Source: Saprospiraceae bacterium (lineage in GTDB: Bacteria; Bacteroidota; Bacteroidia; Chitinophagales; Saprospiraceae). From it: a stretch of DNA of 64,000 bases. Each line of letters begins with the position of its first letter. The first letter of the stretch is position 1. The notes under the pieces are model-generated. The model saw only the letters and a list, made by a program, of their open reading frames with translations. It ran no database searches and was not told the DNA's origin. A program made the translations under genes and the position numbers. Location of the stretch: the NCBI GenBank assembly GCA_044228225.1, contig JBGAVH010000021.1, forward strand, positions 1,737 to 65,736, read 5' to 3'. Shown in pieces: positions 1 through 8,618 of the stretch.

Positions 1-781
1 TCATTTCTACGCTATCAAATAATCACTTTAAAATCCAAAATATGAAATCATATTTTTTGTTTCAGTGCGTCATTTCTACGCTATCAAATAATCTATAAAA
101 TGAGTAAAAATAAGCACCACGTTGCATGTTTCAGTGCGTCATTTCTACGCTATCAAATAATCCAAAAATCAAATAGTATGGAAAGTTTTATGGTATGTTT
201 CAGTGCGTCATTTCTACGCTATCAAATAATCGTTGGTAAGAGTAAGGGTGATTGGTGGAACATATGTTTCAGTGCGTCATTTCTACGCTATCAAATAATC
301 AAAAATAAATTTAATCTTATGGTAGTTCCAATGTTTCAGTGCGTCATTTCTACGCTATCAAATAATCCTTAAAGAATATGGAAACTAGCTTAGAAAAAAT
401 TGTTTCAGTGCGTCATTTCTACGCTATCAAATAATCTTTTTAAAAAAATAAAAATGAATTTAAAAAATGTTTCAGTGCGTCATTTCTACGCTATCAAATA
501 ATCTTACGTCTACCATCAAGTCCTCCGTATACTTATTTGTTTCAGTGCGTCATTTCTACGCTATCAAATAATCCTCTGAAACACCAAAACAACCTTATTT
601 CTAAAAATGTTTCAGTGCGTCATTTCTACGCTATCAAATAATCTTTTGAACAATTTGTTATGCCTAAAATGACAAAAGGTTTCAGTGCGTCATTTCTACG
701 CTATCAAATAATCTTGTAACGATCACAGGCAGCGGTTCTACTCGGAGTTTCAGTGCGTCATTTCTACGCTATCAAATAATC
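1..781 (-). CRISPR. CRISPR array, 35-bp repeat, 11 full repeats plus one truncated at the window edge, 11 spacers of 32-35 bp
   Basis: The plus-strand repeat GTTTCAGTGCGTCATTTCTACGCTATCAAATAATC starts at 59, 128, 197, 266, 333, 402, 469, 539, 609, 679 and 747, with a truncated copy at 1-24. All copies are identical and the spacers are unique. On the minus strand the repeat reads GATTATTTGATAGCGTAGAAATGACGCACTGAAAC. That gives a GCGT/ACGC hairpin followed by ACTGAAAC, the usual position and sequence type of the 8-nt crRNA 5' tag. The cas genes are also on the minus strand, so the array is oriented minus. Confidence 0.97.
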
Positions 782-864
782 CCCCATTTTACTGTATATG
801 TCTGATATTCAATTAATTGAATATCATATTCATCCCGTCCAAAAGCCCTTTTTATGCATTCCAT
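782..864 (-). promoter_or_regulatory. Putative CRISPR leader between the cas2 stop and the first repeat
   Basis: An 83-bp non-coding AT-rich segment sits directly upstream of the array in the minus-strand orientation and directly downstream of cas2. No promoter box was confidently identified. Confidence 0.35.
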
Positions 865-1167
865 CTAAAAAAACAGTTCGTTTACTTTTCCCATTAATTC
901 ATCTATTGCTATGTGTTTGTCACCTATCCATCTAGCTTGTTCCAAATGTTCCTGAGTTATTTGCAAAATTAGTATTTTATCTGCTATTTGGCAATGTTCT
1001 CTTACTTTTTTGTCTATCTCCAATTCTAGCATCCTGAGATTTTTGCCCTCGATTTGTCCGATGAATACACTCATTTGAATGCGAATTAAACCTCTTTGTT
1101 CCAGTAGTTTTGCCAGTTTGAGTCGCATCTTATCCTCTTGGATATCGTACATGATGATGTGATACAT
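865..1167 (-). CDS. cas2: CRISPR-associated endoribonuclease Cas2
   Basis: The 100-aa protein has the N-terminal beta-strand MYHIIMYDI with a conserved Asp. It lies immediately downstream of cas1 and next to the array. Confidence 0.9.
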   Translation of the reverse strand: MYHIIMYDIQEDKMRLKLAKLLEQRGLIRIQMSVFIGQIEGKNLRMLELEIDKKVREHCQIADKILILQITQEHLEQARWIGDKHIAIDELMGKVNELFF

Positions 1168-1172
1168 TGTTG

Positions 1173-2165
1173 CTATTTATTTTGTTCCATAAAAGCCCTA
1201 ATTCTTTCCGCATAAAGATCAGAATAACGAAATATATGACTTCTTATTCCCATGACACGATCATCCATTTCCCTTTCGCGCAATAATTCTGTATTGACCA
1301 TCTGAATGAGCTTGCGCCTGGCTTGTTTTTCTATGATCCAGCCTCGCTCTGGATCAGGTTCACAAGATTCAATCAATATTTCTTGATTTCTAATATGTTC
1401 TACTAAGCAATAATCGAACCAGGGTCTGAATGGTTCTATGAGATCAAAAGATAAGGTAGGTTCATCGATCTGATCCCTATGCATAAACCCAAATGTAGGA
1501 TCCATGCCACTAGCAAAAATGGCTTGCTCCACAACATGGTATAACATCCCATAACAATAATTGAGTAAGGCATTAAATGGATCTTTTGCTGGTCTCCGAC
1601 TACGTTCTTCAAATTGCCATTCCGGGTCCAAGAAATCATTGAGTTGTCTCCAATATATTTTAGCCACAGTTCCTTCATATCCCATTAATCTACTTCGTTC
1701 TTCTTCAAAAGCTAGTTCACTGGGTGTAAGTATTTCTTCTAAATGTAATTCAATATCTTTTGTAGTCTGTTGATTTTCTTTTTTGGATCCATATTGTTTT
1801 GATAATTGTTTTAGTATAGAAATTTGGTTGTTTGTTTTTTCTCCAAAAATTAATTTCATCTCTGCGATTCTAAAATCATCAGATTCCAATGCCAATACTT
1901 GAAGTCTTCTTAATTGATTATAATGCGATAATTCAGAACTCCATAATCTGCCGATAATATCTCCAGTTCTATCTACAAAAAATATGGGTATCTTATTCGC
2001 AATAGCTAATTCCACTGCTGCACTGGAGATCATGCATTGATTCGTTATAGCTATACTACTGATTCGTGTAGGTGCTATAAGTCGTGCAGTACTGTCGTTT
2101 TTTATTTGAAAGCAATGATTCCTTTTCTTGAGATAGGTACCTTGGGTGTCAATAATTAATTGCAT
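1173..2165 (-). CDS. cas1: CRISPR-associated integrase Cas1
   Basis: The 330-aa protein carries Cas1-type catalytic segments MGYEGTVAKIYW and FGFMHRDQIDEPTLSFDLIEPFRP (E...H...D/E). It is adjacent to cas2. Confidence 0.92.
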   Translation of the reverse strand: MQLIIDTQGTYLKKRNHCFQIKNDSTARLIAPTRISSIAITNQCMISSAAVELAIANKIPIFFVDRTGDIIGRLWSSELSHYNQLRRLQVLALESDDFRIAEMKLIFGEKTNNQISILKQLSKQYGSKKENQQTTKDIELHLEEILTPSELAFEEERSRLMGYEGTVAKIYWRQLNDFLDPEWQFEERSRRPAKDPFNALLNYCYGMLYHVVEQAIFASGMDPTFGFMHRDQIDEPTLSFDLIEPFRPWFDYCLVEHIRNQEILIESCEPDPERGWIIEKQARRKLIQMVNTELLREREMDDRVMGIRSHIFRYSDLYAERIRAFMEQNK

Positions 2166-2171
2166 ATTTAT

Positions 2172-2242
2172 TAGGTTTTAGGTTTATAGGCTATGGGCTG
2201 TAGGTTTTTAGGCTATAGGCTGTGGGGAGTAGGCTATAGGCT
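2172..2242. repeat. Short-word tandem repeat (TAGGnnn / AGGCTATAGG), left flank of the four-helix-bundle gene
   Basis: The sequence is taggttttaggtttataggctatgggctgtaggtttttaggctataggctgtggggagtaggctataggct. The exact word AGGCTATAGG occurs at 2210-2219 and 2231-2240. It is the reverse complement of CCTATAGCCT in the right flank. Confidence 0.85.
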
Positions 2243-2599
2243 TTTGGAATTACGCATACTTCGAACTAAGGAACCCAAGACTTTTTCAGTTTCTAGAAAT
2301 TTATTGACCATTACACTGAAATCTTGTTCACTAACAAAACCTAGCCTAAATGCAAGATCAAATTGATAGTGCATTTCTCTCAATGATCCAAATGCAATTT
2401 CCAAAAATCTATGATATTCATTTTGACTTTCTCTGGCGCATCCTTCCACAATATTGGAAGGCACTGAAACTACTGCTCTCCGAATCTGTGATGTCAATCC
2501 AAAAATCGCTTCTTTTGGAAAATATTTCGAAATTGCATAAATTTCAATGGTTAATTCATCAGCCAATACAAATGCTCTTAGTTGTTTGTGATCTCTCAT
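2234..2599 (-). CDS. Four-helix-bundle protein (23S rRNA intervening-sequence protein family, TIGR02436-like)
   Basis: The 121-aa all-helical protein has family-typical segments LTSQIRRAVVSVPSNIVEG and FLEIAFGSLREMHYQFDLA. Its stop codon lies inside the flanking repeat. Confidence 0.8.
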   Translation of the reverse strand: MRDHKQLRAFVLADELTIEIYAISKYFPKEAIFGLTSQIRRAVVSVPSNIVEGCARESQNEYHRFLEIAFGSLREMHYQFDLAFRLGFVSEQDFSVMVNKFLETEKVLGSLVRSMRNSKSL

Positions 2600-2713
2600 A
2601 TTAATGTGATATGTAATTTTTGTAAAATTTATTGAGATATTTTTTAAACTTAACTTTTAATATTTCAACTATAGTACTTCGATCTTCCTAACTTTCTAAA
2701 CTCAATATCCATC

Positions 2714-2806
2714 ACTCCAACTCCCTATAGCCTTCACCCTAACTCCCTATAGCCTAACACCCTACAGCCTAACCACCTACAGCCTAACCCCCTATAGCCT
2801 AACCCC
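2714..2806. repeat. Short-word tandem repeat (CCTAYAGCCTAAC, period about 15), right flank of the four-helix-bundle gene
   Basis: CCTATAGCCT occurs at 2724, 2746 and 2791, and CCTACAGCCT at 2761 and 2776. The orientation is inverted relative to the left flank. The repeat abuts the RT stop codon at 2806-2808. Confidence 0.85.
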
Positions 2807-3852
2807 TAATAATCAAAATCTAACCAACTCATAGCTCCATATTCTTCTTGCTTGATTTGATTAGCATGAATCCATATGTGGTTTAATTCTTTATATGCTG
2901 ATTGATTCGCACCCAATACCATTTTTACGAATTGCAATCTCCCTTGGAGAGATTTTTTATATTTATCCATGTATGATGGTGGTTCGGTTCGGTAATATCC
3001 ATTCACGAGATTCATGTGTTTTAAGTTTTGCAATTCCTTCCTCAATTCATTAAGATACGAATCACTGAGACTTAATTGATCATTAATAAGCGAAATTCCT
3101 GTGATGACTTTAATATCTTCTAGACCATAGAACTTGATCTTTGATTTATTCATTTTAAAACCATGATGTATGATAACAGCATCTAATTCATGCACATCAT
3201 GTTGAGTTATTGGAAGCGCACTACTGAATGACATATCATCGACAAATCTTGAGTAATACCACTTTTTACTTCCCGCTAAATCATGCAAGACTTTGTCAAG
3301 GTGAATCAATGCAAAATTGGAGAGTACTGGTGAAGTAGGAGCTCCCATAGGTAATCGACCATTATAACTCACCAATTGAATCAGTAATTCGATTAATGGC
3401 TGTTCCATATGAAATGGTGCTTGTTCAAATATCAAATGAATCTTATCATCCGTCACATGATGGAAAAAATCCAATAGATCAATATTCAATAAATAATTAG
3501 AGCCCAAATGTACTTTGGCATTCGATAGAATATTTCTTTTTTGTTTAATATCATTATCCGGTGTAGCTACAAAACCATGAGCCCCCTTGGGCAAACAAAA
3601 AAAATAAACACATTGGAGATAATCATTTAATGTGTCTTGTATTTCTTTTAGTTCATTATATGGATCTTCAATGGTTCTGTAGCCTCCTGATTTCTTTTTT
3701 TGTTTAAAATTTCGATATGTGATGGATTGAATAATCTGAGGTAATGTTTGTTCAGGTATATTCAATAATTCACATAATGCATGCACTGTCCTAATACTTA
3801 GAAACTGATGTTTCAACGACTTCATTACTGATAGTGTAAAATTATGCGCCAT
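2806..3852 (-). CDS. Stand-alone CRISPR-associated reverse transcriptase (group II intron-like RT)
   Basis: The 348-aa protein shows RT motifs NIDLLDFFHHV (motif 3-like), PMGAPTSPVLSNFALIHLD (motif 4) and YYSRFVDDMSFS (YxDD box as FVDD). It is located between cas6 and cas1. Confidence 0.85.
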   Translation of the reverse strand: MAHNFTLSVMKSLKHQFLSIRTVHALCELLNIPEQTLPQIIQSITYRNFKQKKKSGGYRTIEDPYNELKEIQDTLNDYLQCVYFFCLPKGAHGFVATPDNDIKQKRNILSNAKVHLGSNYLLNIDLLDFFHHVTDDKIHLIFEQAPFHMEQPLIELLIQLVSYNGRLPMGAPTSPVLSNFALIHLDKVLHDLAGSKKWYYSRFVDDMSFSSALPITQHDVHELDAVIIHHGFKMNKSKIKFYGLEDIKVITGISLINDQLSLSDSYLNELRKELQNLKHMNLVNGYYRTEPPSYMDKYKKSLQGRLQFVKMVLGANQSAYKELNHIWIHANQIKQEEYGAMSWLDFDY

Positions 3853-3922
3853 GATAATTTATTATAAAAAATATATTCAGCCTTTCAAAGAACTTTACCG
3901 TGTAATGTATTCTTGTATTCAT

Positions 3923-4606
3923 CTAACAAAGAACTTGCACGCCATAACCAAGACGTACATTCTTGCCAATGGCAATTCGTGGTGGCAAAACTAAATTAAC
4001 CGTGTATAGGATATCGAATACTAAGAACCTAAGACTTTTATCCGGTCTAATTAATTTATAAAAAACAAAATGCAAAACTTTAACATTAATAATTCCAGGA
4101 ACATGCCACCCTATTCCTTTACACAATTGCATCAACAATGAACCCCTAATTCGCTTCTCTAGATCTAAAACTTGTTCTTGATAAGACAAGGCAAGCCATG
4201 ATTTATGACTATCAGGATCGAATGGTGAATAGGCTTGAATAAAATATTTATTTGGCTTTTCTGTCAATGACATCACAAATGAATATTGGTATTTTCTCAT
4301 TTCCGTAACATCGTGTGTGACCCTATCTTTAAATTCATGAATCCCGCCCACAAAATCCATATTCAGTTGATCAGCACCTTGTTGTATTCCGAAAATTCCA
4401 GCACATCCCAGATAGGAACGAAATTGTATCAGAGGATAGAGATTTTCAGATTCCCCTGTTATAAGATCATGACTATGATATAATGGATCTCTAACATCAA
4501 AATAATTTGCCACATCTTTTTGCCATATATATATATCTTTTAAGCTATATGGAGCGGATGTTAATATTTCAGTTATAAGTAAAGGGAAGGTCAATGATTT
4601 CTGCAT
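3923..4606 (-). CDS. cas6: Probable Cas6 crRNA-processing endoribonuclease
   Basis: The 227-aa protein has a C-terminal glycine-rich loop IGKNVRLGYGV typical of Cas6/RAMP proteins. Its position next to RT-cas1-cas2 fits the Cas6-RT-Cas1 fusions known elsewhere. No other Cas6 candidate is present in the locus. Confidence 0.6.
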   Translation of the reverse strand: MQKSLTFPLLITEILTSAPYSLKDIYIWQKDVANYFDVRDPLYHSHDLITGESENLYPLIQFRSYLGCAGIFGIQQGADQLNMDFVGGIHEFKDRVTHDVTEMRKYQYSFVMSLTEKPNKYFIQAYSPFDPDSHKSWLALSYQEQVLDLEKRIRGSLLMQLCKGIGWHVPGIINVKVLHFVFYKLIRPDKSLRFLVFDILYTVNLVLPPRIAIGKNVRLGYGVQVLC

Positions 4607-4875
4607 AATACTATTTAAATTATTACATTCAAATTTTATTGGATTAAATGGGTTTTATAATAATTACTATTTTCTTTAATAGAGATATTTATTATTTTAA
4701 ATTCAATTTTTAAAGTTTTACCTTTTTTAATTATCTTAGACCTATTTATATGTTGTTTATCTTGTGGTTCATTAAATAATATTCTTGAAAACTGAAATTG
4801 TATTTTTTTGATAAAAATATAGTATTCTTAAATTTATGTTTAAAATATTCTGAACTCATTATAAAATGATATACT

Positions 4876-6183
4876 TCATTGTAAAATTGCACTTGTAAAG
4901 AAAAGGTTACCTTTTTTTTCGCTACCTTCTTTCTGAGTCAATTTTATTTTTATTATATCACCGACTTTTTTTACACATTTACCCTGTATAGATATTTCTG
5001 CACTATCCTTATAGTGAGGTTTCACCTTTATGTTTCCAGAACCTACATTTATTATAGTAGCGTCTATCGTTGAATTTAGCATTGTTTCTTTTGAAGATTC
5101 AAATTCTTTTGTATTTACATTCAAAATTAATGTGGTTAGTCCTTTGGGTATGCTATTTTCATCATGCTGCTCAATATCATCAATCGTAATAGGATTAAAA
5201 TTTTTAATTTCCAAGAATGGATTTCGAGCATTATTAATAATATCTTTTTTAAACTGTCCATAGCCCGAAGAGGTTTTTGCACCTATACCATATTTTTGCA
5301 ATAAATACTTAATAAGTTTTACTTTGTGTTCTTTCTTTATTCCTTCATTATTGAGAATAAATTGAAAATTAATTTCCACATCAGGCAAAATTTTTAAAAA
5401 TCGGAGAGGCATAGGGTCAAATAAGGGATGTGGGTGATAAGCAAGAGTATCATCAAAAAGAAATGTACCCAATGAGATTGAAATATCTCTTTCACCATTA
5501 TAATTTGTAGTGTTTGCTATGCGATCAGATACAGTAAAAACAATATTTTTAGTTGTGCCTCTTGAAGGATAAGCCCCTAAAAAGGTATCTTGTTTTAAAG
5601 GGTTAATCTTGGTTTTATCAGTCTTAATTCCTTCAAATAAAATATTTTGAAGACTCTCAATATCACTTTTAGTCCAAGTTTTATTTTTAAACTCTTCTTC
5701 ATTTGCAAAGCAGTTATTAAAATCATCAATTATTCTATTTAAAACTGCCTTCTCTTTATCTTTTTTGTAAGCAATAGGAAAAAAACTTCGTAATCTTCCT
5801 TTTAAATTATGGCCTGTAATGCATGGAATTCCAGTACTATGGTCAAAATAAAACCCCATTTTAAGTTCATGAGATTCAATTTTAATGTGAATATTTTCCC
5901 CATATATTTGTTTTTCAATTTTAACTTTTGCGCCTGTTCCATGTTCATTACCTGTTCCAATTAATAATCCTTGTCCTGATGTTATTAATGTAAATGAAGA
6001 ATACTCATCACCAAATCTACTTTTAAGATTTAATTGTTCAGGATTCAAATCTGCTAATTTGGTTTCAATAAGTAACTTATATAATTCCATGTTATCAATT
6101 CTGTATTGCAGATTTAGCGCTTCATTGTTATGTAAGTTTCTGTAGACCCTTTTATTGAACTCTAACCCTAAATTTGTTTCCAT
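4876..6183 (-). CDS. cmr6: Type III-B RAMP subunit Cmr6 with a C-terminal extension of about 120 aa
   Basis: The 435-aa protein has the RAMP motifs ITGHNLKGRLRSFF and the G-rich loop GAKTSSGYGQF at about aa 300-311. It occupies the last position of the canonical cmr1-6 order. Confidence 0.8.
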   Translation of the reverse strand: METNLGLEFNKRVYRNLHNNEALNLQYRIDNMELYKLLIETKLADLNPEQLNLKSRFGDEYSSFTLITSGQGLLIGTGNEHGTGAKVKIEKQIYGENIHIKIESHELKMGFYFDHSTGIPCITGHNLKGRLRSFFPIAYKKDKEKAVLNRIIDDFNNCFANEEEFKNKTWTKSDIESLQNILFEGIKTDKTKINPLKQDTFLGAYPSRGTTKNIVFTVSDRIANTTNYNGERDISISLGTFLFDDTLAYHPHPLFDPMPLRFLKILPDVEINFQFILNNEGIKKEHKVKLIKYLLQKYGIGAKTSSGYGQFKKDIINNARNPFLEIKNFNPITIDDIEQHDENSIPKGLTTLILNVNTKEFESSKETMLNSTIDATIINVGSGNIKVKPHYKDSAEISIQGKCVKKVGDIIKIKLTQKEGSEKKGNLFFTSAILQ

Positions 6184-6184
6184 A

Positions 6185-6652
6185 CTAAACCAATTTAAAT
6201 TTTCTGATTGCCAATTTCAATGCATTGCCAGCAGTTAGCAAATTAATTAATGCTCTTGTATTTAACATACCATTTGAGGTATTTTCTTCAATGTAGTCGC
6301 TTAAATTTTCTTTTGTAGTTAAGCTAGAATTCTCTTTTAGTAATAGATTTAAGATCCATAGAGTTACAATACTTTTATCTTCACTGCTACCTTTGCTACT
6401 ATTATACATTATGCTTGTAGACAATGGCGTCATAATAATACAATTAGCATTAAAAGATGATATATAACCGTTATAAGTTTTTGGTTTTTCAGTATCTGGA
6501 TATAATGTGGAGTCTTTTTTCTTAAACTCATGAAGTTTTATTATTTCAACTGCTTTTGGGATTAGACTATTGACCCTGAATTTATTTATTGTTATCATAA
6601 ACTTAGAATTTAGAAATTGATGTAAATCCATAAGAGACTGAGGCGTTTCCAC
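6185..6652 (-). CDS. cmr5: Type III-B small subunit Cmr5
   Basis: This is a small helical protein between cmr4 and cmr6. The listed start overlaps cmr4 by 50 nt. An alternative ATG at 6598 (MITINKF...) would start just after the cmr4 stop and give about 137 aa. Confidence 0.7.
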   Translation of the reverse strand: METPQSLMDLHQFLNSKFMITINKFRVNSLIPKAVEIIKLHEFKKKDSTLYPDTEKPKTYNGYISSFNANCIIMTPLSTSIMYNSSKGSSEDKSIVTLWILNLLLKENSSLTTKENLSDYIEENTSNGMLNTRALINLLTAGNALKLAIRKFKLV

Positions 6653-7469
6653 CTACCTGAAGTGGTCTTTTATTATCGCCACAAAGGGTTTCTTCCACAA
6701 ATTTTTGTTGTTCCATATTCTTCCAAATATTTGCAAAATACATTAGACTAAATCTTGGTAAAACCTGTTCGTACCAAAGGTTCTGGCTTTCGCCATCGTC
6801 CAGAGCATTCCTTGAAATTACAGGTAAATATAAATCGGAACAAAGTTCTGCCATTGTTCTATCTGATACTAATGCTATTCTTGAATTAATTGTATCAAAT
6901 AGTGTATTAAGTAATTCTGCTAATTCATTGTTAGCAGAATTATATTGTAAAGTAGTGCCAACAATATCCAATTCAGCTCCTGAGTAATTATTATTAAAAC
7001 ATATTCCTGATTCTGGAGTGCTGTCTGAAACCAGTGTTTTAACTTCTTCATATATTGACTTTGAAATGGGTTTTCCCAACAATTTGCTCATATACTCAAA
7101 GGAGTTTATCAATTCTGGGGAGGTCGTTAATAAATACGACACTTTATTTGTCCTTACTGGCATTGCCAACAAGTGAGCTGTAAAGAAAACACTTTCTCCT
7201 TGTTGAGTAATTGTAGGAATGCCGCCTTTGTTTGCACTGGCATCGCTACCAAAAATCAAAGTCATCAATTCATTTTTGTTGTCCGCAGATGAATAATTGT
7301 CAACGTGTTGTTTAATAGCTCCTTTCATACTTGTGCTATTAAAGCAAGGGTACCCGGTTGCAGAATCTCTTTGAATGAGTTGGTCAATAAATCCAAACCC
7401 TGATTCTCCTGTGCCTACATGTGTATCTGTAATGGTTTCTAACCTGTAAAACTCTACATTATTGCTCAT
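6603..7469 (-). CDS. cmr4: Type III-B backbone RAMP subunit Cmr4 (target-RNA cleaving subunit)
   Basis: The 288-aa protein has an N-terminal segment ETITDTHVGTGESGFGFIDQLIQRD...STSMKGAIKQH matching the Cmr4 pattern (HVGxG ... D ... SxKG). Confidence 0.85.
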   Translation of the reverse strand: MSNNVEFYRLETITDTHVGTGESGFGFIDQLIQRDSATGYPCFNSTSMKGAIKQHVDNYSSADNKNELMTLIFGSDASANKGGIPTITQQGESVFFTAHLLAMPVRTNKVSYLLTTSPELINSFEYMSKLLGKPISKSIYEEVKTLVSDSTPESGICFNNNYSGAELDIVGTTLQYNSANNELAELLNTLFDTINSRIALVSDRTMAELCSDLYLPVISRNALDDGESQNLWYEQVLPRFSLMYFANIWKNMEQQKFVEETLCGDNKRPLQVGGNASVSYGFTSISKF

Positions 7470-8613
7470 TTTTTAACGTGTTTAATTGTTTGAAATAATT
7501 GTATCCTATTTTTTTATATGTTTTATTTATTTGATCTTCATTTATTGTATTTATGAATTCAAGTAATTTAACAGGATTTATAAATGCAATACTTCCTTTT
7601 TTAATTAATAATTTGCTATCAGAAAAAATATCAGCATTACCTTTCTTTAAATTGAACAGGTCATTTAAATTATTTTTTGCATCAGTTTTCATAGAACGGA
7701 AATGTTGAGTAGTACCGACGAATTGAGCAATATTTCTGTATGCAGAATGGCTTAGTATAGTGTCACTGATAAAATGAACTATATTACCACCTTCAATTTG
7801 TGAAGTAAATAGATTTACATCTGGTATGTTTTCTTTTTTTATACTTACTTTATAAGAAGAAGCTTCTCCTCCAAAAGTAATGAAAATGTTTTTCGAATCA
7901 TCTAATAATTCGTCAATATCAGCTAAAAATGAAAAGTGATAATTTCGGTTTAATTTATAATATTGAGTTTTGAAGTACGCGTCATCTTGAGAACTGGCAT
8001 TATAGTTTTTTAAAATACCAGGTTGTAAATGTTTAATAAAAATACCATTATTAATATTTAATTTTTTAGTTTTTTGATCAAAAAAATTGGCTGTTGAAAA
8101 AATTTCCTTCTTGCAAATCATTGCTACCGGCTTAGAATAGTTTGATGGAATAAAACAATCATTAAAAAAATGTTCCTTCATATTTAATTGTTCTGATAAT
8201 TTCACAGAATTTATTACTGAACTTATTGTATTTAATTGTGAAACATCTATGTTGTTAAAACTAACATTAATATCTGAAATGTTTGTATTCACAAGATTGC
8301 TCAAATCTTTAAAAGGTAATAGAACTTTTTGTTCATCTTCTTTATAAATAAAAAGTGGATATACTTTATTTATTTTTCCAAATATTTGATTTTTGGAACC
8401 GTCAAAACTTTTAATACCTATTAGATTATCCCAGTCGTCTTTTATATCTATTTTACCAGTAGCTAAAAGTAAATAATGCCGAATTAAACCTAGTATACCA
8501 GTTTGCTGTGGAAATGGATTGCTTTCCATAAAGTAGGAAGGTCTGATGGGATGTTTTTCTTTTCCAAAATAGAACTTGTCTAGTGGAGTTAAAATAAATT
8601 GATAAATTGCCAT
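7459..8613 (-). CDS. cmr3: Type III-B subunit Cmr3
   Basis: The 384-aa protein starts with MAIYQFILTPLDKFYFGKEKHP, a typical Cmr3 start. It sits directly after cas10. Confidence 0.75.
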   Translation of the reverse strand: MAIYQFILTPLDKFYFGKEKHPIRPSYFMESNPFPQQTGILGLIRHYLLLATGKIDIKDDWDNLIGIKSFDGSKNQIFGKINKVYPLFIYKEDEQKVLLPFKDLSNLVNTNISDINVSFNNIDVSQLNTISSVINSVKLSEQLNMKEHFFNDCFIPSNYSKPVAMICKKEIFSTANFFDQKTKKLNINNGIFIKHLQPGILKNYNASSQDDAYFKTQYYKLNRNYHFSFLADIDELLDDSKNIFITFGGEASSYKVSIKKENIPDVNLFTSQIEGGNIVHFISDTILSHSAYRNIAQFVGTTQHFRSMKTDAKNNLNDLFNLKKGNADIFSDSKLLIKKGSIAFINPVKLLEFINTINEDQINKTYKKIGYNYFKQLNTLKNEQ

Positions 8614-8618
8614 AATGC

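Noticed and set aside
100-372. 90-aa plus-strand ORF (MSKNKHHVACFSASFLRYQII...)
   Set aside because: It lies entirely within the CRISPR array. The repeated peptide CFSASFLRYQII is simply the translated repeat, so it is an artefact.
1436-1773. 80-aa (minus, other frame) and 70-aa (plus) ORFs inside cas1
   Set aside because: They are embedded in or antisense to a well-supported Cas1 coding frame and have no motifs. Such spurious ORFs are typical of AT-rich DNA.
2350-2604. 84-aa plus-strand ORF antisense to the four-helix-bundle gene
   Set aside because: The opposite frame encodes a recognisable four-helix-bundle family protein. This ORF is low-complexity and has no support.
4607-4875. Possible second CRISPR array or small gene in the 269-bp gap between cmr6 and cas6
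   Set aside because: There are no direct repeats of CRISPR type and no ORF, only AT-rich sequence. It is most simply an internal promoter or spacer region, and I could not identify a convincing promoter box.
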